From positions 7,610,889 through 7,674,888 of the forward strand of contig OZ037772.1 in assembly GCA_964035545.1 (NCBI GenBank): a DNA stretch of 64,000 bases. The letters are read 5' to 3'. The notes below the pieces were generated by a model. The model did no database searches and was not told the DNA's origin. It saw nothing but the letters and a program-made list of their open reading frames with translations. Position numbers and translations under genes: made by a program. The first letter of the stretch is position 1. Every line of letters begins with the position of its first letter. Below, in pieces: positions 1-15,691 of the stretch. Source of the DNA: Bugula neritina. Lineage: Eukaryota > Animalia > Bryozoa.

Positions 1-1419
1 CTTGAAGCAGCCAGCGTCAACTTTGTCTCAGGCATTCACTTCTTCGACGATAACAATTTTCTTTTAGCCGAAGCATACCTTCACGATCTCCGGGTAGTCC
101 AACTTAGAAAATCTAGAATTTCTTCTATTTGCATACTTCAACCTCCAGAACTACCAGAAAAACTGAGCTCTGGTCGCATTAATGAATGCCACATAAGATT
201 TCCAAGAAAGTTTGCAAGAGTTGCTGAAGATTCCAATAAAATAAGAATCATAGGATTAAGAAATCACTACAGCTTGGAATTTGGTTTGTATTCAATAATA
301 TATAGTTATATATATTGCAACTTTTTAAGTCTTTTTAATTCTTTTGTTAGTAAAATGAAAAACAAGTGAAATTTCTATTTTACAACAAATGAAAGTAGCG
401 GAACTATTTTACCAATTTCTGTTTTCATCTTTGGAATCTAAATTGACTAACAACATTAGATAACATTTTACCATCAAAAAAATTAGGAGACTTATGAGCA
501 AAATTTTTTTTTCTATTTTTAGTAAATACCACCAAAGTCAAACAATCAGAAACCAAACCTACAACACTAACCACGAGGCAACAAGCAACAAAAGCAACAA
601 AAACAACGGAAAAAACAAAAACACCAACAACAACAGAAACAAAAGCAACAACAACAACAGAAACAAAAACAACAACATATAGAAAGACAATAAAACCAAA
701 CTCAAAAAAGAAACCAGAAATTGAAGTGACCACCAAAGTAAAGCCTGTGGAAACTGTTAGGCCATCTAATACCACAGACGACGTCGTGCTTGTTGTTACA
801 CTTGAAGCGTTAGCCTTTTTGCTCATCTTTGTTCTGATCACCCTTGTGCTAAAATACTTTGACAATAAACCAAGTAAGTTTGAAAGCTTTTGATCAAACT
901 TAGAGAATTAAAATTTTGCGCATCATTTAATAAATTTCTAAGAAGCTGCTTCCTTTTGATACACAAATCATGCTAAAAAACAATATTTGGTTTGAACATT
1001 TATCACTGTATCTATTTTTATGCTTACAGGCAGCTGGCTTTTATAGAATTTAAATGCCACAATAGAAATGTGTACACATGCAGTTTTATTCAAATTTAAT
1101 TAATTTTTTTCAAATGTGTACACAGTTTTATTCAAGTTCATGCAATTAATTTTTTTCAAATGTGTACACAGTTTTATTCAAATTTAATTGATTTTTTTAT
1201 ATCTATAAATGTTATTTTATTTTATATTTCAACTGACCATTTCATTCTAATTTGTTATAGCTTTCAAAAATTACTTTTGTAGAAGAGAAATTTGACCTTG
1301 AAGTGCAAGTGCAGTCTTCTGAAATGATGCTTGATAATAATAATGACAACCAGGCCATTGTATCAAACTCTTCTCTGTCTAAAAAAAAGAGACGTATAAG
1401 AAAACCTCAGAATATATAA
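1..1419 (+). CDS. G1: NHL-like propeller / mucin stalk / TM receptor, 5'-partial; exons <1-283, 523-873, 1283-1419
   Basis: Frame 1 of 1-283 reads LEAASVNFVSGIHFFDDNNFLLAEAYLHDLRVVQLRKSRISSIC...IRIIGLRNHYSLEF, collinear with the end of the G2 propeller. GT at 284. AG at 521-522 opens a Thr-rich stalk plus TM (VVLVVTLEALAFLLIFVLITLVL), with donor gtaagt at 874. Last exon reads KEKFDLEVQVQ...KKKRRIRKPQNI*. Phases are compatible. Confidence 0.85.
1066..1198. repeat. Three imperfect ~45-bp tandem copies (aaatgtgtacacagttttattcaaatttaatt...) in a G1 intron
   Basis: Unit is visible three times in direct orientation. Confidence 0.7.
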
Positions 1420-1467
1420 ACCAACTTCTTACAAAAAAGGATTCTATTTTGGTTAAAACAATCTTGA

Positions 1468-1665
1468 TCTAACTCAGAAAGAGCAGAGGCAGTGAATTAT
1501 CTATTGCCTCGTGCAGCTAGATATGCTAACAGAACAGAAGTGGTAAAATATCTTTGCAGACTACCATTAGTTAAATATGAGCGACTGTTTGCTAAAAACT
1601 CCAAAGGAGTAACAGCATTACAATTAGCATGTGACCTCAAAAGATTACAGCCACATAGCACATAA
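1468..1665 (+). pseudogene. Ankyrin-repeat-like coding relic just 3' of the G1 stop
   Basis: ATG-less frame reads SERAEAVNYLLPRAARYANRTEVVKYLCRLPLVKYERLFAKNSKGVTALQLACDLK, matching the ankyrin consensus (LhxAa...evVkyL...kn.kG.TaLhlA). Stops bound it on both sides. Confidence 0.55.
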
Positions 1666-2433
1666 TTATCTTTGGTAGACTTAACGAGACATCACAGTAT
1701 GTATATAGTTTATTTCAGCCAGTGATATTAGCCTTCTTTGTAGAGCTGTGCATTTAAAAGTGAGAGGTTACTACATTGTGTTAACCTTGTATGTACATGC
1801 AGCTGTAAAATTGTATTTAATACATATTTTTATCACAATGATTTTTATACAAGCTATCTTGCTGTTATCAGTACTATAGAGTTGAAAAATTATTGTTTTT
1901 ATTTCTAATCACTTGTGAAGATTCAATATAGATTATGATAATAACTTGTTTGATTGAAATTTTAGTAAAAAAAAATCAGTACTAATAAATAAATGTTGTA
2001 AAATGCTATTGAAAATTAATTGCATAAAATAAGAGATAAGGTTTTTTTTTTCAAACCAACACATGAACTAGCTGCCTACAAAGAGTTTTTAATCTTTTAG
2101 TTAAAAGCTGTTTAAAATATATATTTAAAATTGAAGTTTCTAAGTTTGAGAGACTAAATTAAAAATAGTAATCACATTTTATTTTTTTAAATTCTTAAAA
2201 CTCTATAAACAAATACCCACTGAAATAAAACAATTATGTTTACATTAAAAGTATTACATATTATGTTAAATTACTTGCTCAACAAAGCCAAAGCATATTA
2301 TTTTAGCCAATCAATTCTAACATTGTACATGATTTTATTATTGGTTGCTTTATACAAAATAGGTCTAGCAATGAAGAAATAGAGCAGAATTGAAATAAAC
2401 AATGGACAGCTAAAAAAGAAAGCAAGAAAGCTA

Positions 2434-2739
2434 TCAAGTATTTTCTAGAACTAATAAAATATCACAACCATGAGGGCTAGAGTAAAAACCCAGAACTATC
2501 AGGACTGCCAGAGTCTGCCAGAATTTTGTTGTTCTTTTTGTTATTTCCAGAATTCTAGTTGATGATGGTTTTGGGACATTTGAATAACTTGCTTGGGTTG
2601 CAAGTTCTATATTTGCGGTTAGTTTTATTTTTAGATCTGGAGTTGTTGTGTATCTTTCGCTTGTCGTTTTAGTAGAGGTTTTTGATTTATTAACCAGTGG
2701 GTATAAAGAATAATCCGCTGCTTTCCCGTTAGTTTCCAA
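2434..2739 (-). pseudogene. Orphan, degenerate stalk+TM-like exon
   Basis: Thr/Ser-rich segment (KSKTSTKTTSERYTTTP) is followed by WQTLAVLIVLGF. Removing one T from the T5 run restores the helix LAVLIVLGFTLALMVVIFY. There is no AG at the expected acceptor and I found no partner propeller exon. Confidence 0.4.
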
Positions 2740-3209
2740 CAGATATAAAAAGCATGATGATGTGTTTTAAGTACACAAGTACTAGTATTGTAACTGCTTA
2801 TAAAGAGTGTCAGTGTCTAAACTAGTTTAAAAACCATAAGCACAAAATAGATAAAGAAATTCTTCTACTGCATTGAAAAGATCAAATTCGCATAATGCAT
2901 TTTTTGTACTAGACCAGGATAATTTTTAACTCAGCTAGATATGTAATATGTTCACAGTTTCGACAGAATGCGGAGTTGTCAACTAAAGCAAGGGAAACTT
3001 GTTTTTTTTTAAAAATAGTCTTATGTTTGACAATTGTTATAACAAGCTGTGACAAAGTTGATGAGCTGTGACAATTGGTTTAGAACCACCCGGTGTCTGA
3101 AAATAAAGATGTGTGTTTCTGTGCCAGAATTAGAGATGGGATATATTGTCCTAAGAATGGTATTGGTAAAATTTAGTGGCTTATAAGTGTAATGTTGAGT
3201 TTGCCCAGT

Positions 3210-3310
3210 GCCTCCGTGGTGTGATGGTAGGACACTTGCTTGCAGGCCAGAGGACCCAGGTTCGATTCCCAGTGGGGGCAAAATTATTTTTCAATAAGAA
3301 CTTTATTGTT
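3210..3310 (+). mobile_element. tRNA-derived SINE family 2 (tRNA-like head 3210-3280)
   Basis: A-box-like tggtgtgatgg and B-box ggttcgattcc. Acceptor-like stem GCCTCCG/TGGGGGC is present but the anticodon and T stems are broken. Related minus-strand copies at ~60975-61066 and ~27600-27628. Confidence 0.65.
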
Positions 3311-4940
3311 GATCTGAAGATTGCATATTATTTATCAGCTTTTATATCAAATTAATACATAATTTAGGAGACTTCATTGTATTCTTAACTGTAAATGAAT
3401 AATTTGGAATTTTCACTATTTCAATAGCCAATGAATAAGTATGTAAACAAGAATTGTGAAATAATAAGTTGTGACACAAATAGATATTACAAACTGTGCA
3501 TTTTATACTAATTATAAGTGTAGGCTGAATAACCAAAAAAAATTGATGATTTGTCTGTCCCTGGAATCTAGACAAAAAGTAAACATCTTTAGTTTAAATA
3601 AAGTTAGAATTTTGGATTTTATGATCGCAAAACGTTTAGGCAGATGTGCTACGGAGATATTTATAGTTGGCTTCTGTTTGGACAGCATTACAGTTTCATA
3701 TAATTGAGTCAGTAAAAGAACTGGTGTATTTATTCCCTTTGTTGTCTTTACTCTCAAGAATGACTGGTAGATTTTCAGAACATACGTGATGTGCTCAACA
3801 AGTGTTGAGATTTACATATAATATAAATAAAGTTTGAAAGGAACAGAAAATATTTTATTTCTGAAACATTTTATGAATTGAGTTTAGTTGACTTATTAGC
3901 AAGTTTTTGTTTAATATTCTAAGCAAGAAACGTATCTAAAAGTTGATAGTTTCCTAGCATTTTATTCTTCTACTTTTTAATCTAGAACTTTAGACGTTTT
4001 TAATACTACTCTTGCCATTAAAATATTATGCAGTTCACCTGTATAACAGTTTTTTGAAAATTAATTGTAATTTTCTTTTGAGAAATATTTTTATTGAATC
4101 GGGGTCAAAAACAAAATAAAACAATTGCATAAATACATTTATGAAATAGAAAAATATATTATTTTTCTGAAGTGTGAATTGAACTTAGCAAAAACATTAG
4201 CAACGTTTTGTAGCAAAACAGATGTTTAAAAATTTTAAATTTGTTAGTGTTGATTATTTTTATCTTTTCCTTATATAGTTAGTGATTTTAGAGTTGTTTC
4301 ACTTACAACATTTAAATAGTGCACAATTTATGTGCATAAACCTGTTTAAGTAAAACTACTTATAATTTTTATGAAGAAGTATTTTATTGTAAAAAGATTT
4401 GTAAACAAAATAAAAAATTCTAATGCCATGCTGTCACACTAAAATGTTCATCAATTGATTGTTTGCAGACATTATTCACATAATTACATTTATTTAATAG
4501 TAGAAAGGGAAACTAGCTTCACAATTAGCAGAGTTTAGAGTACTTCACAATGATACTTCCTGTAACTATTGTAAGTAACTGGTAACATAACTTCTCATTT
4601 CTATTTGAAATCTCATCTACAACCATCTATGTAATGCAATGTGTGCAATATCGCAAATTCACTTCATCAGCATACCCTATAATTTTATTATATAAATGAA
4701 TGTACAGCTTATATAGTATAATCTGAGCTTATCTTACTATAGGATATGACTACATATATAAACCATTTTTAACAAACACAGGCTAATAGATATGCATTGC
4801 TGCAAAGAGACTTGGTATTATTAATTATATTAAAGAATTAATTTAAAAACATGAATTTGGAATTTTAGGAGAAATATGTGTATGGGTAGTTCAAATTTAA
4901 ATATTACACGTCTAAAAACATTACTTTGATAAAGAGAAAC

Positions 4941-4972
<32 letters not shown>

Positions 4973-5040
4973 TAGCTCTGTCACTTGTGATATCGAGCAC
5001 TTTACTTTGCTGGAACTCTAACTAGATTGACAATCAGCAT

Positions 5041-5162
<122 letters not shown>

Positions 5163-5564
5163 CGAAAAAGGTAAAAGAAAAGTTTTCTGATGGCAGACAC
5201 TGTTTATGTATTTTCATTCTTGTTATTCTAGATTGTTCTGACTACACCCTTAGCATTTGCTCGGTACAAGCCAAAGTACATAGAAAAAGTAAAAGGGTAA
5301 GATAATACTTCTAATTGCTATGTGTGCAGCCTAAGTATACCAACTTATAGATATGCTAATTTGTAAATCTATTTTAAGTACTACAATTTTACATTTAATA
5401 TATGAGTCAGTTTACTTCATTTAGTACATACCAGCAACTTATGACCTAACATTAAAGTTTGCTCAAAATCAACTGAAATTTACAGTACATGGTATTTTTA
5501 TGTGCTGGTTCTAACTACGCATAACAGAAAAGGCTGGGAGAGAATTCCCCAACTTTAAAGCACA

Positions 5565-5822
5565 GGTCATTGTCATATGTGCGGACCGTTACGAAAAAAC
5601 CATGAAAAAAACCGTAACGGTCGGTAACCAAAACTAGCTGAATAATTAGGGAAAAACATGGGAAATGAAGCAAAATTGAAAAGAACTTTGATTATTTAGC
5701 TGTATTTATTGGTTTCTAATTAGTTTTGATCAAAAAACCATGTTCATTACCAGCTAAATTGTGAAAAATAGCCAAAAACTGAAGATATCCAGTGTGTACT
5801 AAATTAAGTAAAATGACCCATA
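5565..5822 (+). repeat. Dispersed repeat (possibly MITE/DNA-transposon derived) with internal hairpin gaccgttacg...cgtaacggtc (5584-5622)
   Basis: Similar sequence recurs inverted at ~14910-15105 and direct at ~15250-15452 (shared ...agctaaattgt.aaaaatag..aaaaac.gaagat...aaaatgaccca). Confidence 0.5.
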
Positions 5823-6380
5823 TTTATTTATTATGAGCACTCATTAGTAATAATATGACATGTACTTGTTTTACAGCTAAGTACTTGAATTATCTATCTC
5901 AATTCGTGTTTATGGTACTTGAAACAACGTCTCTACACTCAGTCTACTCGAAGTCTGCATGCGTCAGTCGTTACTTTTAGTACTTAAACTAAGTAATTAA
6001 ATGCTCATACCTCTTGCCGTATTGGTAGTACTTGTGATTAGTATCTCAAGTCGAGATTATAATATGTAATAATGTACTTTCTTCAATTCACTTCAAATCA
6101 TTCCCTGTAATGTAAGACATCTGAGACCAATGTCATATACGATTCGATACCTGCAACAGTGAGTGAACTATAAACATAAAATTGTCAGAAGAAAAAAAAT
6201 AGACATATAGAAAGAAAGAGTGGCTTTTAATTTACCTTTAACAGTCACTGTTAATGTTTAAGATATTATATCATTTGGAGAAATTAGCTTGACAAAATTT
6301 AAAAATAAGTGCTTTGCGAAAGTTTACCATAACCTCTCACTTTTATAAACTTTTAACAAACTCACATAAAATATTGAAAG

Positions 6381-8886
<2,506 letters not shown>

Positions 8887-10320
8887 ACCAATTGCTTACA
8901 AAATACAGTTTCTTCCTTGACCTTGAACTAAGTAGTCTTAGAAGATGTAGCCTGTGTTCTCGAATAGTTATATATTTTATTCTAAATCATATTATCTACG
9001 AAAAAAGCTGAGAATAATAAGTATGGGCAACCTCTATAAAAAGTTCGAAAAAAGTTTGTCATTTTAATTTTCATGACCTTATTTTTAATACAAAGACTAT
9101 AAACAATAGGTGATGACCCTATAAGTTCTTTTTCATATATCATAATAGTTTTCAAGAAATACATCTGCTTGCAAATTGCGTTTTAGATTTTAATTTGTGT
9201 GTCATATTAACAAAAATAGAGTGTTAAATTTACTCTTGGGATCATGTAGTTTAGATGATGCAATCAGAATAAAATTATTTATGAGTATTTGTAGAAATAT
9301 GTTTTATTCTAACAACAATGTTACAGCAAGAAAAGTAACAAAGCAAATAATATATGTATTAAACCGTAAAACAAATGAAGACAATTCTGAATTGTTCAAT
9401 GAAAGATGGTCTCTTAATAAATATGAAAGCAGATTGTTAATTAATATTGGATTCATTTTCTACAATGAAATAATAATTAAAATTTATGAAGAGAGCTTCA
9501 ATGACCAAACAAACTAAACTAATTATATGGTTAGAAACGAAAAAAATTTAATTTTGCATGCATTGTTTATTGTAGTTTGGAAATTTACATGATAGAGATA
9601 GAGTAACATTTTTAACTATTTAGTGGTTCGTGAATTCATCTACAAAAGAGAGAAAAAGAGTAAAATAGTGCACTTTAGAGTTTTCAGTGTCACTACTGAT
9701 AGAAGAAATAAAAATGTTTTTAAATTAATACAACAAAATAGTGAACATTATTGAAATACATAAAATTTTTACAATTGCATAATTTCAAATTTCAAATGTT
9801 AACAGTTCTAAGTTAAAATTATTAAACGTTTTTGATATAAGAGCAGCAAAAAATCTGTGGATATGAAACAAACTACTGCAATTGGATGCTGTGTAAGTAA
9901 TTTGTGATTCATTATAATATTATTATATAACAGAATATTAATATTTTATATATATTATAAAATCTATAGTTTTTTTAAATTCCTACCAACTTCTTTTCAC
10001 GTTTTCAACCACTAAACCCTTTGAAAGCAAGCACATGGAATCCATGTAACTGCATGCCTAGCTTGAGAAAATTGAATATATTTGGAAAATATAATTCTAT
10101 GGTGACATATTTAAAGTTTTAGATTGAGCAGAAAACTGTATAAAAATCAGCATTCAATATGTGCTGAGGTCTTATATATCTATTTCAGCCTAATTGGATA
10201 AATCAAGAAACATGTGGCTGATAATTTTATTAATTTACATTTACCAGCTATTCTGGTGATTGATTATGAGCTTTATCTCAATGTAAACCATTTCAAAACA
10301 GGGTAGTGACTATATACGGT

Positions 10321-10522
10321 AGAGCAACTGTGGCCTAAGGGTTAGAGCGTTTGCCTAGTAAACAAGAAGGTCATGGGTTCCGGCCCTGACAAAGGCCATT
10401 GGTGATGTTAGAAAAAGCATTCAGTCATAATTGCTCTCATGCCTCATTTAAATAAGGCCTTAGCCTACTGTTACAAAAACCCTTTTTATCAGGGGTTTCT
10501 CACAGGGATAGTGACTTTAAAC
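10321..10522 (+). mobile_element. tRNA-derived SINE family 1, ~200 bp
   Basis: A box tggcctaagggttagagc, B-box-like gggttcc, core ggccattggtgatgttagaaaaagcattcagtcataattgctc, tail ...cagggatagtgactttaaac. About ten related copies occur in the window. Confidence 0.85.
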
Positions 10523-10850
10523 CTGAGTGAGTTTTTTTTATATACTGTAGATAAGCATTTGAATAATTTAGATTTGTCACTTTATTTGGATTTATTTTGA
10601 TGTATTTAATTTATGGTATTCTTGTATAAAACCATTTTAGTTTAATGAATTAGAATCTTGTCTTACAGCCTTAAAAACACACACTATCAGTAGTTTTGCC
10701 AAACATGCAAGAGTAATTACATATAGTTAGCTAAAGTTTTCCAGACTATTGGATACACTTTGGAAATAAATTAGCCTAGAATGAGTCACTTACTAAATTC
10801 TTTTGTAAAAGTTATACTCTTGTTGCTTCAACATTATACAATTTATGCAA

Positions 10851-11050
10851 GTTTATAGTCACCATTTTTGTGAAAACCTCTGAGGAAAAGGATTGTTGTT
10901 ATACTCAGCTAAGGACTTCTTTAATGAGGCACAGGAGCAATTATGAATGGATGCCTTTTCTAATATCACCAATGGCCTCTGACAGGGTTCGAACCCATGA
11001 CTTCGTGTTCACAAAGCAAACGCTCTCACCCCTGGACCACGACTGCTCTC
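10851..11050 (-). mobile_element. SINE family 1 copy, inverted relative to 10321-10522
   Basis: Reverse complement has the A box, ggttcgaaccc B box and the same core. Confidence 0.85.
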
Positions 11051-11825
11051 TTCTTTAACAATATGCATCAGATGTGGCTTGATAGTCTATATCTTGAGGC
11101 TGTCTAACAGGCGGCCCCAGGGCTGAATGTTGACCACAGCCTAAGGCAAAAGTTAGTTTTCCCAAATATGCATGAATTAGATTGAAAAACTTACTTCTAC
11201 ACAGGCTACAAAACATGTAGCCTGCGGCAACAATTGCAACCTAATTATGTAATTCCTAATGATAATTTAAAATAAAATAATTTGAAAAATACTGATGTTG
11301 AGGCCCCTAGCTCAAACAAAAGTTGAGAATGTGGCTCTTGCATGGAATATTCCATTTTAGTGGTCCTCAGTCTATAAAAGTTGGACCCTTCTCCAGGTCT
11401 ACATTATTGTGAGAACTTTCAATAGACACAAATTGTTTCTATCACTTGTTTTCTATCATATGAAGCCAAAAATTATGTTTGGTTCAAAATGTTTCCAAAT
11501 TTTACAAATATTATTACTGAGATTTGAGCCACTGACTTTGGATTTACTAAATCACAGCTTCTGCGTATAATTAAAGGAAATAATGTGTCTAAAAAATATA
11601 ACTAAGGTTCAAATACAGCTAAAATTATGTAAAAGCACGTATATTTTATTTCAATTTTATTTTCTTTAACAAATTTTGTTTTCAGAATAATAATTATAAG
11701 TATGAGATTTGGTAATGGAAAATAAAACTCTTCGCTTTGTTAAAATTGTTCTCATCTAAAACCATTTACTGCTCGCTGTTCATGCTAGTTGAAGTTAGTT
11801 TTTGGACTTTAGCCTATTACTAATT

Positions 11826-12052
11826 TCACACTTTTCATCCCTATACGGTTGTAGTCCTGTTTGGGTGATTGGTCTGCAAGTTTCCAATATCTTTCAGCGT
11901 CTGCCATCTTTCCCGGTCTTCTGCATCTGTTGGTTTAAGGCCCCACCGCTTCATGTCATCTCCTATCGTGTTTTTCCATCCTTGTTTTGGCCGTCCTCTC
12001 TTTCCTTTTCCCATTATTTTTAACTCAGTCACATATCTAATATCTTTTTCAT
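11826..12052 (-). mobile_element. 5'-truncated RTE-like non-LTR retrotransposon 3' end with 18-bp target-site duplication
   Basis: Encodes GKGKRGRPKQGWKNTIGDDMKRWGLKPTDAEDRERWQ, a typical RTE-type ORF C-terminus. Flanked by identical tttagcctattactaatt at 11808-11825 and 12053-12070. Confidence 0.85.
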
Positions 12053-12114
12053 TTTAGCCTATTACTAATTATACCTGATTGTAAATATGCAGGTATTTAC
12101 AATTTATCTTTTAG

Positions 12115-15100
12115 ATAATGCTGTTGATAAACTTTACATTTGGAAAAGTGATCATAAAAAGGCGTATTGGCGGGTAAGCCAAAGTAATTGTTAGCTTTTT
12201 AACTCTAATAAATAGCTGTATTGTTTTTTTAAGGAAACAAATAAAAACAATACAAATGTGATACTTTGTGTTTGTATTAGCTTTTACACAGTAATTGATT
12301 TTAATTTACACAAATAAACAACTTTCTGTTCAGTGGATAAAGAGTATACCAAAATTAAATGTAATATAAAATACAATATCTAATATTCCATATTAAACTT
12401 TAGTATAACACATTATGAAATAACATAAAGCATGTAGTATATAGTATAATATAATGTATAATAATTTAATATAATATGATATAAAACAATATAATATAAT
12501 ACAAAATATCATAGCATAGCATAGTATAATGTAGTACAATGTAACATAGTTTAGCATGGTATAGTATGTGTAATATTATAACACAATTAAAAACAAATTT
12601 TTGTTTTTAAAGTTAAAAAAAAACACATTTTCAATATTGTAATGTTTACCTAATAAAATAATAATTTAATAACTACATGTGCTTTTAGATTAAATATTAT
12701 AATATTTTTAGTTTTTAGTCAAATTGTGAAGTTTATTGAAGTTGAATTTAGTTGAAGTCTTATGAAATGATATTCGGTTTCAAAATGAATATTGTAACTC
12801 AAAGAACTTTAATGAGTATTGTCGGTAAAAATTATCAAATCCTAATCTGAGCTTATGAAAAATTGGAGTTTTTAAATTCAAATGCAGCAAATCGTTTTAA
12901 AAACAATATAGCCTAATATTAAATGAGACACACCTATAAACAGCGAAATGTATCGTAAGATATTAATCTCTCACATTAGCAAATTTTTTACCTTTTTTAT
13001 ATTATCTTTATATTTTTACAATAAAAAATTAATTAAATCAATTTTACTTTCTATTTTAGATACAGCTTCAACAGTGTAACATTTCACGCCTATGCTAGTT
13101 TGAAAATACACCCGGAAAATGTTGATTACAAGTATATTGCTGAGGACACCTATATTCCAGGAAACTTTCTTGTAGTCAAAGGTTCGGCAATCTACACTAC
13201 ACCGGATCTAGTTAAAACTACGTTAGTAGCTGGAAACCTATATGAACGCGGGTATGTAAACGGTAGAGGCCGAAAGTCAAGATTCAACGGGGTTTCAGCA
13301 ATAATAACTTCTCCAGTAGACTCAAACTCAATATGGGTGGGAGACTACTACAATCACTGTATTCGTTGGATAGACAGAAGAACAACCAAAGTTAATCACC
13401 TTACTGGAAAATGTGAATTTAAAAAAGATGAAGATGGGCTGTTTAACAAAGCAGGAATAAGTAATCCTATAGAGATTGTCGTTTACACAGATCGGTCGAT
13501 ATATTTTTTCGATAACAATGCCTTAGCCTTAAAATGTTTGTGTCTACGAAACGAAAAGTGGTATGTCAAGACGGTGTCGAAACTGAAACAAAAAATTTCT
13601 CGGATTGTAATAAATCCATCGAGTAGTTTCCTGTACGTGCTCGATCATAAAGGCATTTCCCGAGTCAGTACAAAAACATTTAAACTTTCAGATGCAAAAG
13701 TTATTGTTAAAAGCAAAGACAAGCATGCTGATGGGAAATTGAATAAGGAAGGGGCCGTTAGTGGACCATTTCACATTTACTTTTTGACAGATGATCTTTT
13801 CATTGTGTCCGACGGGCCGAAATCATCCCTCCTGAGAGTTGTTGATCTAAAGACCTCAATGATTACAAGTCTATGTCTTCTTCAAGTCAGATATCCCTCT
13901 ATTCGCTCAGGTACTGTAGAGAAGTGTAAAATTAAAGTCCCTAAACAAGTTATTGCCGACCCTAAAAAATCACGCCTGATCATTATTGGATTAGATGCAC
14001 ACTATTCATTAAACTATGGTGAGTAACGCACACAAAAACATTTTTCACAAACTGATGTTTAATTTAAATTCAATTGCCTAATCCTAAATGCTACAATAGA
14101 TCCTTAACAAGAGTTAGCAAAACAATTTTCAAGTAATTATAAAACAATACGCAAAATTTGATTGTGTAATTGGTAATGCAATCAAATCAGAAGATAAAAA
14201 AATATTTTTATTGGCTTAGCAAAAACAGAAATTTAAATCAACTGTTCATTGCACATGCAATTTCAACCACATATAAAACTTAGAAACAATTATTTGAATA
14301 CTTAGTAAAACAATTTATATTGAAATAAAATCAAATGCAGCATTTGAACCTAACCATGCAATACTTATATAGCTTTTTACACTCAAAAAACTTTTTTGAG
14401 AAATATTTTTACATTGTGTCACTGTCTTATCTTCAAATTAATTTAAAATTAGTAATCTTTTTAACATAATTCTTGATAAGTATTTTTGGTTCATTTTTTT
14501 TATTTTGCAATAAGAAGCAAACTTTAATGGCTATGTATTGAAAATTTATCTCGGTGGTAAATTTTAGACAGAAATGCGGATAATGGCTTGACTACAACAA
14601 TAAGCCTACATACTGATGAAGAAAATTGGGGTATCAAGAAACGTACAACAAAAAGACGAAGAAAACCAATAACGCCTGTTGTAACAATACCAACACCTTC
14701 AAGAAAGTTATCTCGTGCTACATATGTTGCCCTGTTTTTACTTATCTTTCTCGTGGTGGCCATATTGATACCAGTAGCTGCCCGGTTTTTTTATGCTCAA
14801 AAGCGTAAGTAATTATAACCCTTTTTTCAAAAATTGAATATAGAGTAACATTATGATGCCATATGTTATAGTGGCATTTCAAATAAATTTTAGCTATTCT
14901 ACTTGATTTAGCTGCCAAATTATATAGGTGTTTGCTCAAAACTAATATAACATATTATTAAATACAGTTAAATAATCAAGGTTGTTTTTAACTTCGCTTA
15001 ATTTCTCATGTTTTTCCTAATTATTTAGCTAGTTTGGATTTGTGGACCGTCACGGTTTTTGTTGTAATAGCCCATATATATAATATTAGGTGCATATGAC

Positions 15101-15691
15101 AATGCCGATGCATTGTTGCTAAAACTTATATTTAAACATTGACTACTACTGCTGGTGTGTTTGTAAGCATTAAGACTACATTACCAGACAAATCTCTGAT
15201 CACCAGCCAATTGAATCAATATTCACAAAACAGCTATAACCCTTCAAAAAATCCAAATTGAATAAACAATAAATTAGCATGGAAAATCAAGCAAAATTAG
15301 GAACAAGCTATGCACGATTATTCAGTTGTATTTATTACCTGGTAATTTTTTAGTTCTGAGCAAAAACGTGAACACTTCTGTAGCTAAATTGTAAAAAAAT
15401 AGTTAAAAACCGAAGATTTTGAGTGTGCACAAAATTAACTAAAATGACCCACATTCTGCTCTATAGGATTTAATCATATGTTGATATTTACTTATAGAGG
15501 AACACTTAACAAAACAAGTGAATGAAAGGGTTGATTTGTTGATGGAAAGTTTTCATTCGAATTCTAGTTATACTAGAATGAATAGAAATAAAAGACAAGG
15601 CTCAAGAGGCTCTCAGTCTCAACGTAATTCAAGAAGTTTTCATTCTAGAAATACTTCTAGAAGAAAAAGATCCAGAGAGACATTGTATTAA
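12115..15691 (+). CDS. G3: NHL-like propeller / stalk / TM receptor; exons 12115-12173, 13060-14018, 14568-14804, 15498-15691; ATG exon unresolved
   Basis: 59-nt phase 0-2 exon IMLLINFTFGKVIIKRRIG. Propeller ORF 13100-14026 (WVGDYYNHCIRWIDR, LTGKC). TM is YVALFLLIFLVVAILIPVAA. Tail is QEHLTKQVNERVDLLMESFHSNSSYTRMNRNKRQ...RKRSRETLY*. Confidence 0.88.
14910..15452. repeat. Inverted pair of the 5565-5822 repeat family inside the last G3 intron
   Basis: Minus-strand copy at ~14910-15105 and plus-strand copy at ~15250-15452. Confidence 0.5.

Noticed and set aside
425-865. Val-rich ORFs (425-865, 8226-8504, 34622-34930, 39375-39698)
   Set aside because: They are antisense shadows of the Thr-rich stalk exons.
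3210-3280. Functional tRNA gene (Cys-like)
   Set aside because: Anticodon and T stems are mispaired, and related degenerate copies share 3' flank, so a SINE head fits better.
9197-9517. 106-aa ORF as a gene or a Tx1/L1 ORF2 C-terminal remnant
   Set aside because: Only a vague resemblance (ELFNERWS), with no diagnostic motif I can support.
14019-14026. In-frame stops just after the propeller donors (G3, G6, G7, G9, G10) as a programmed secreted isoform
   Set aside because: A phase-1 GTRAGT donor puts T at a first codon position, so stops are expected by chance in AT-rich introns. Transcript evidence would be needed.
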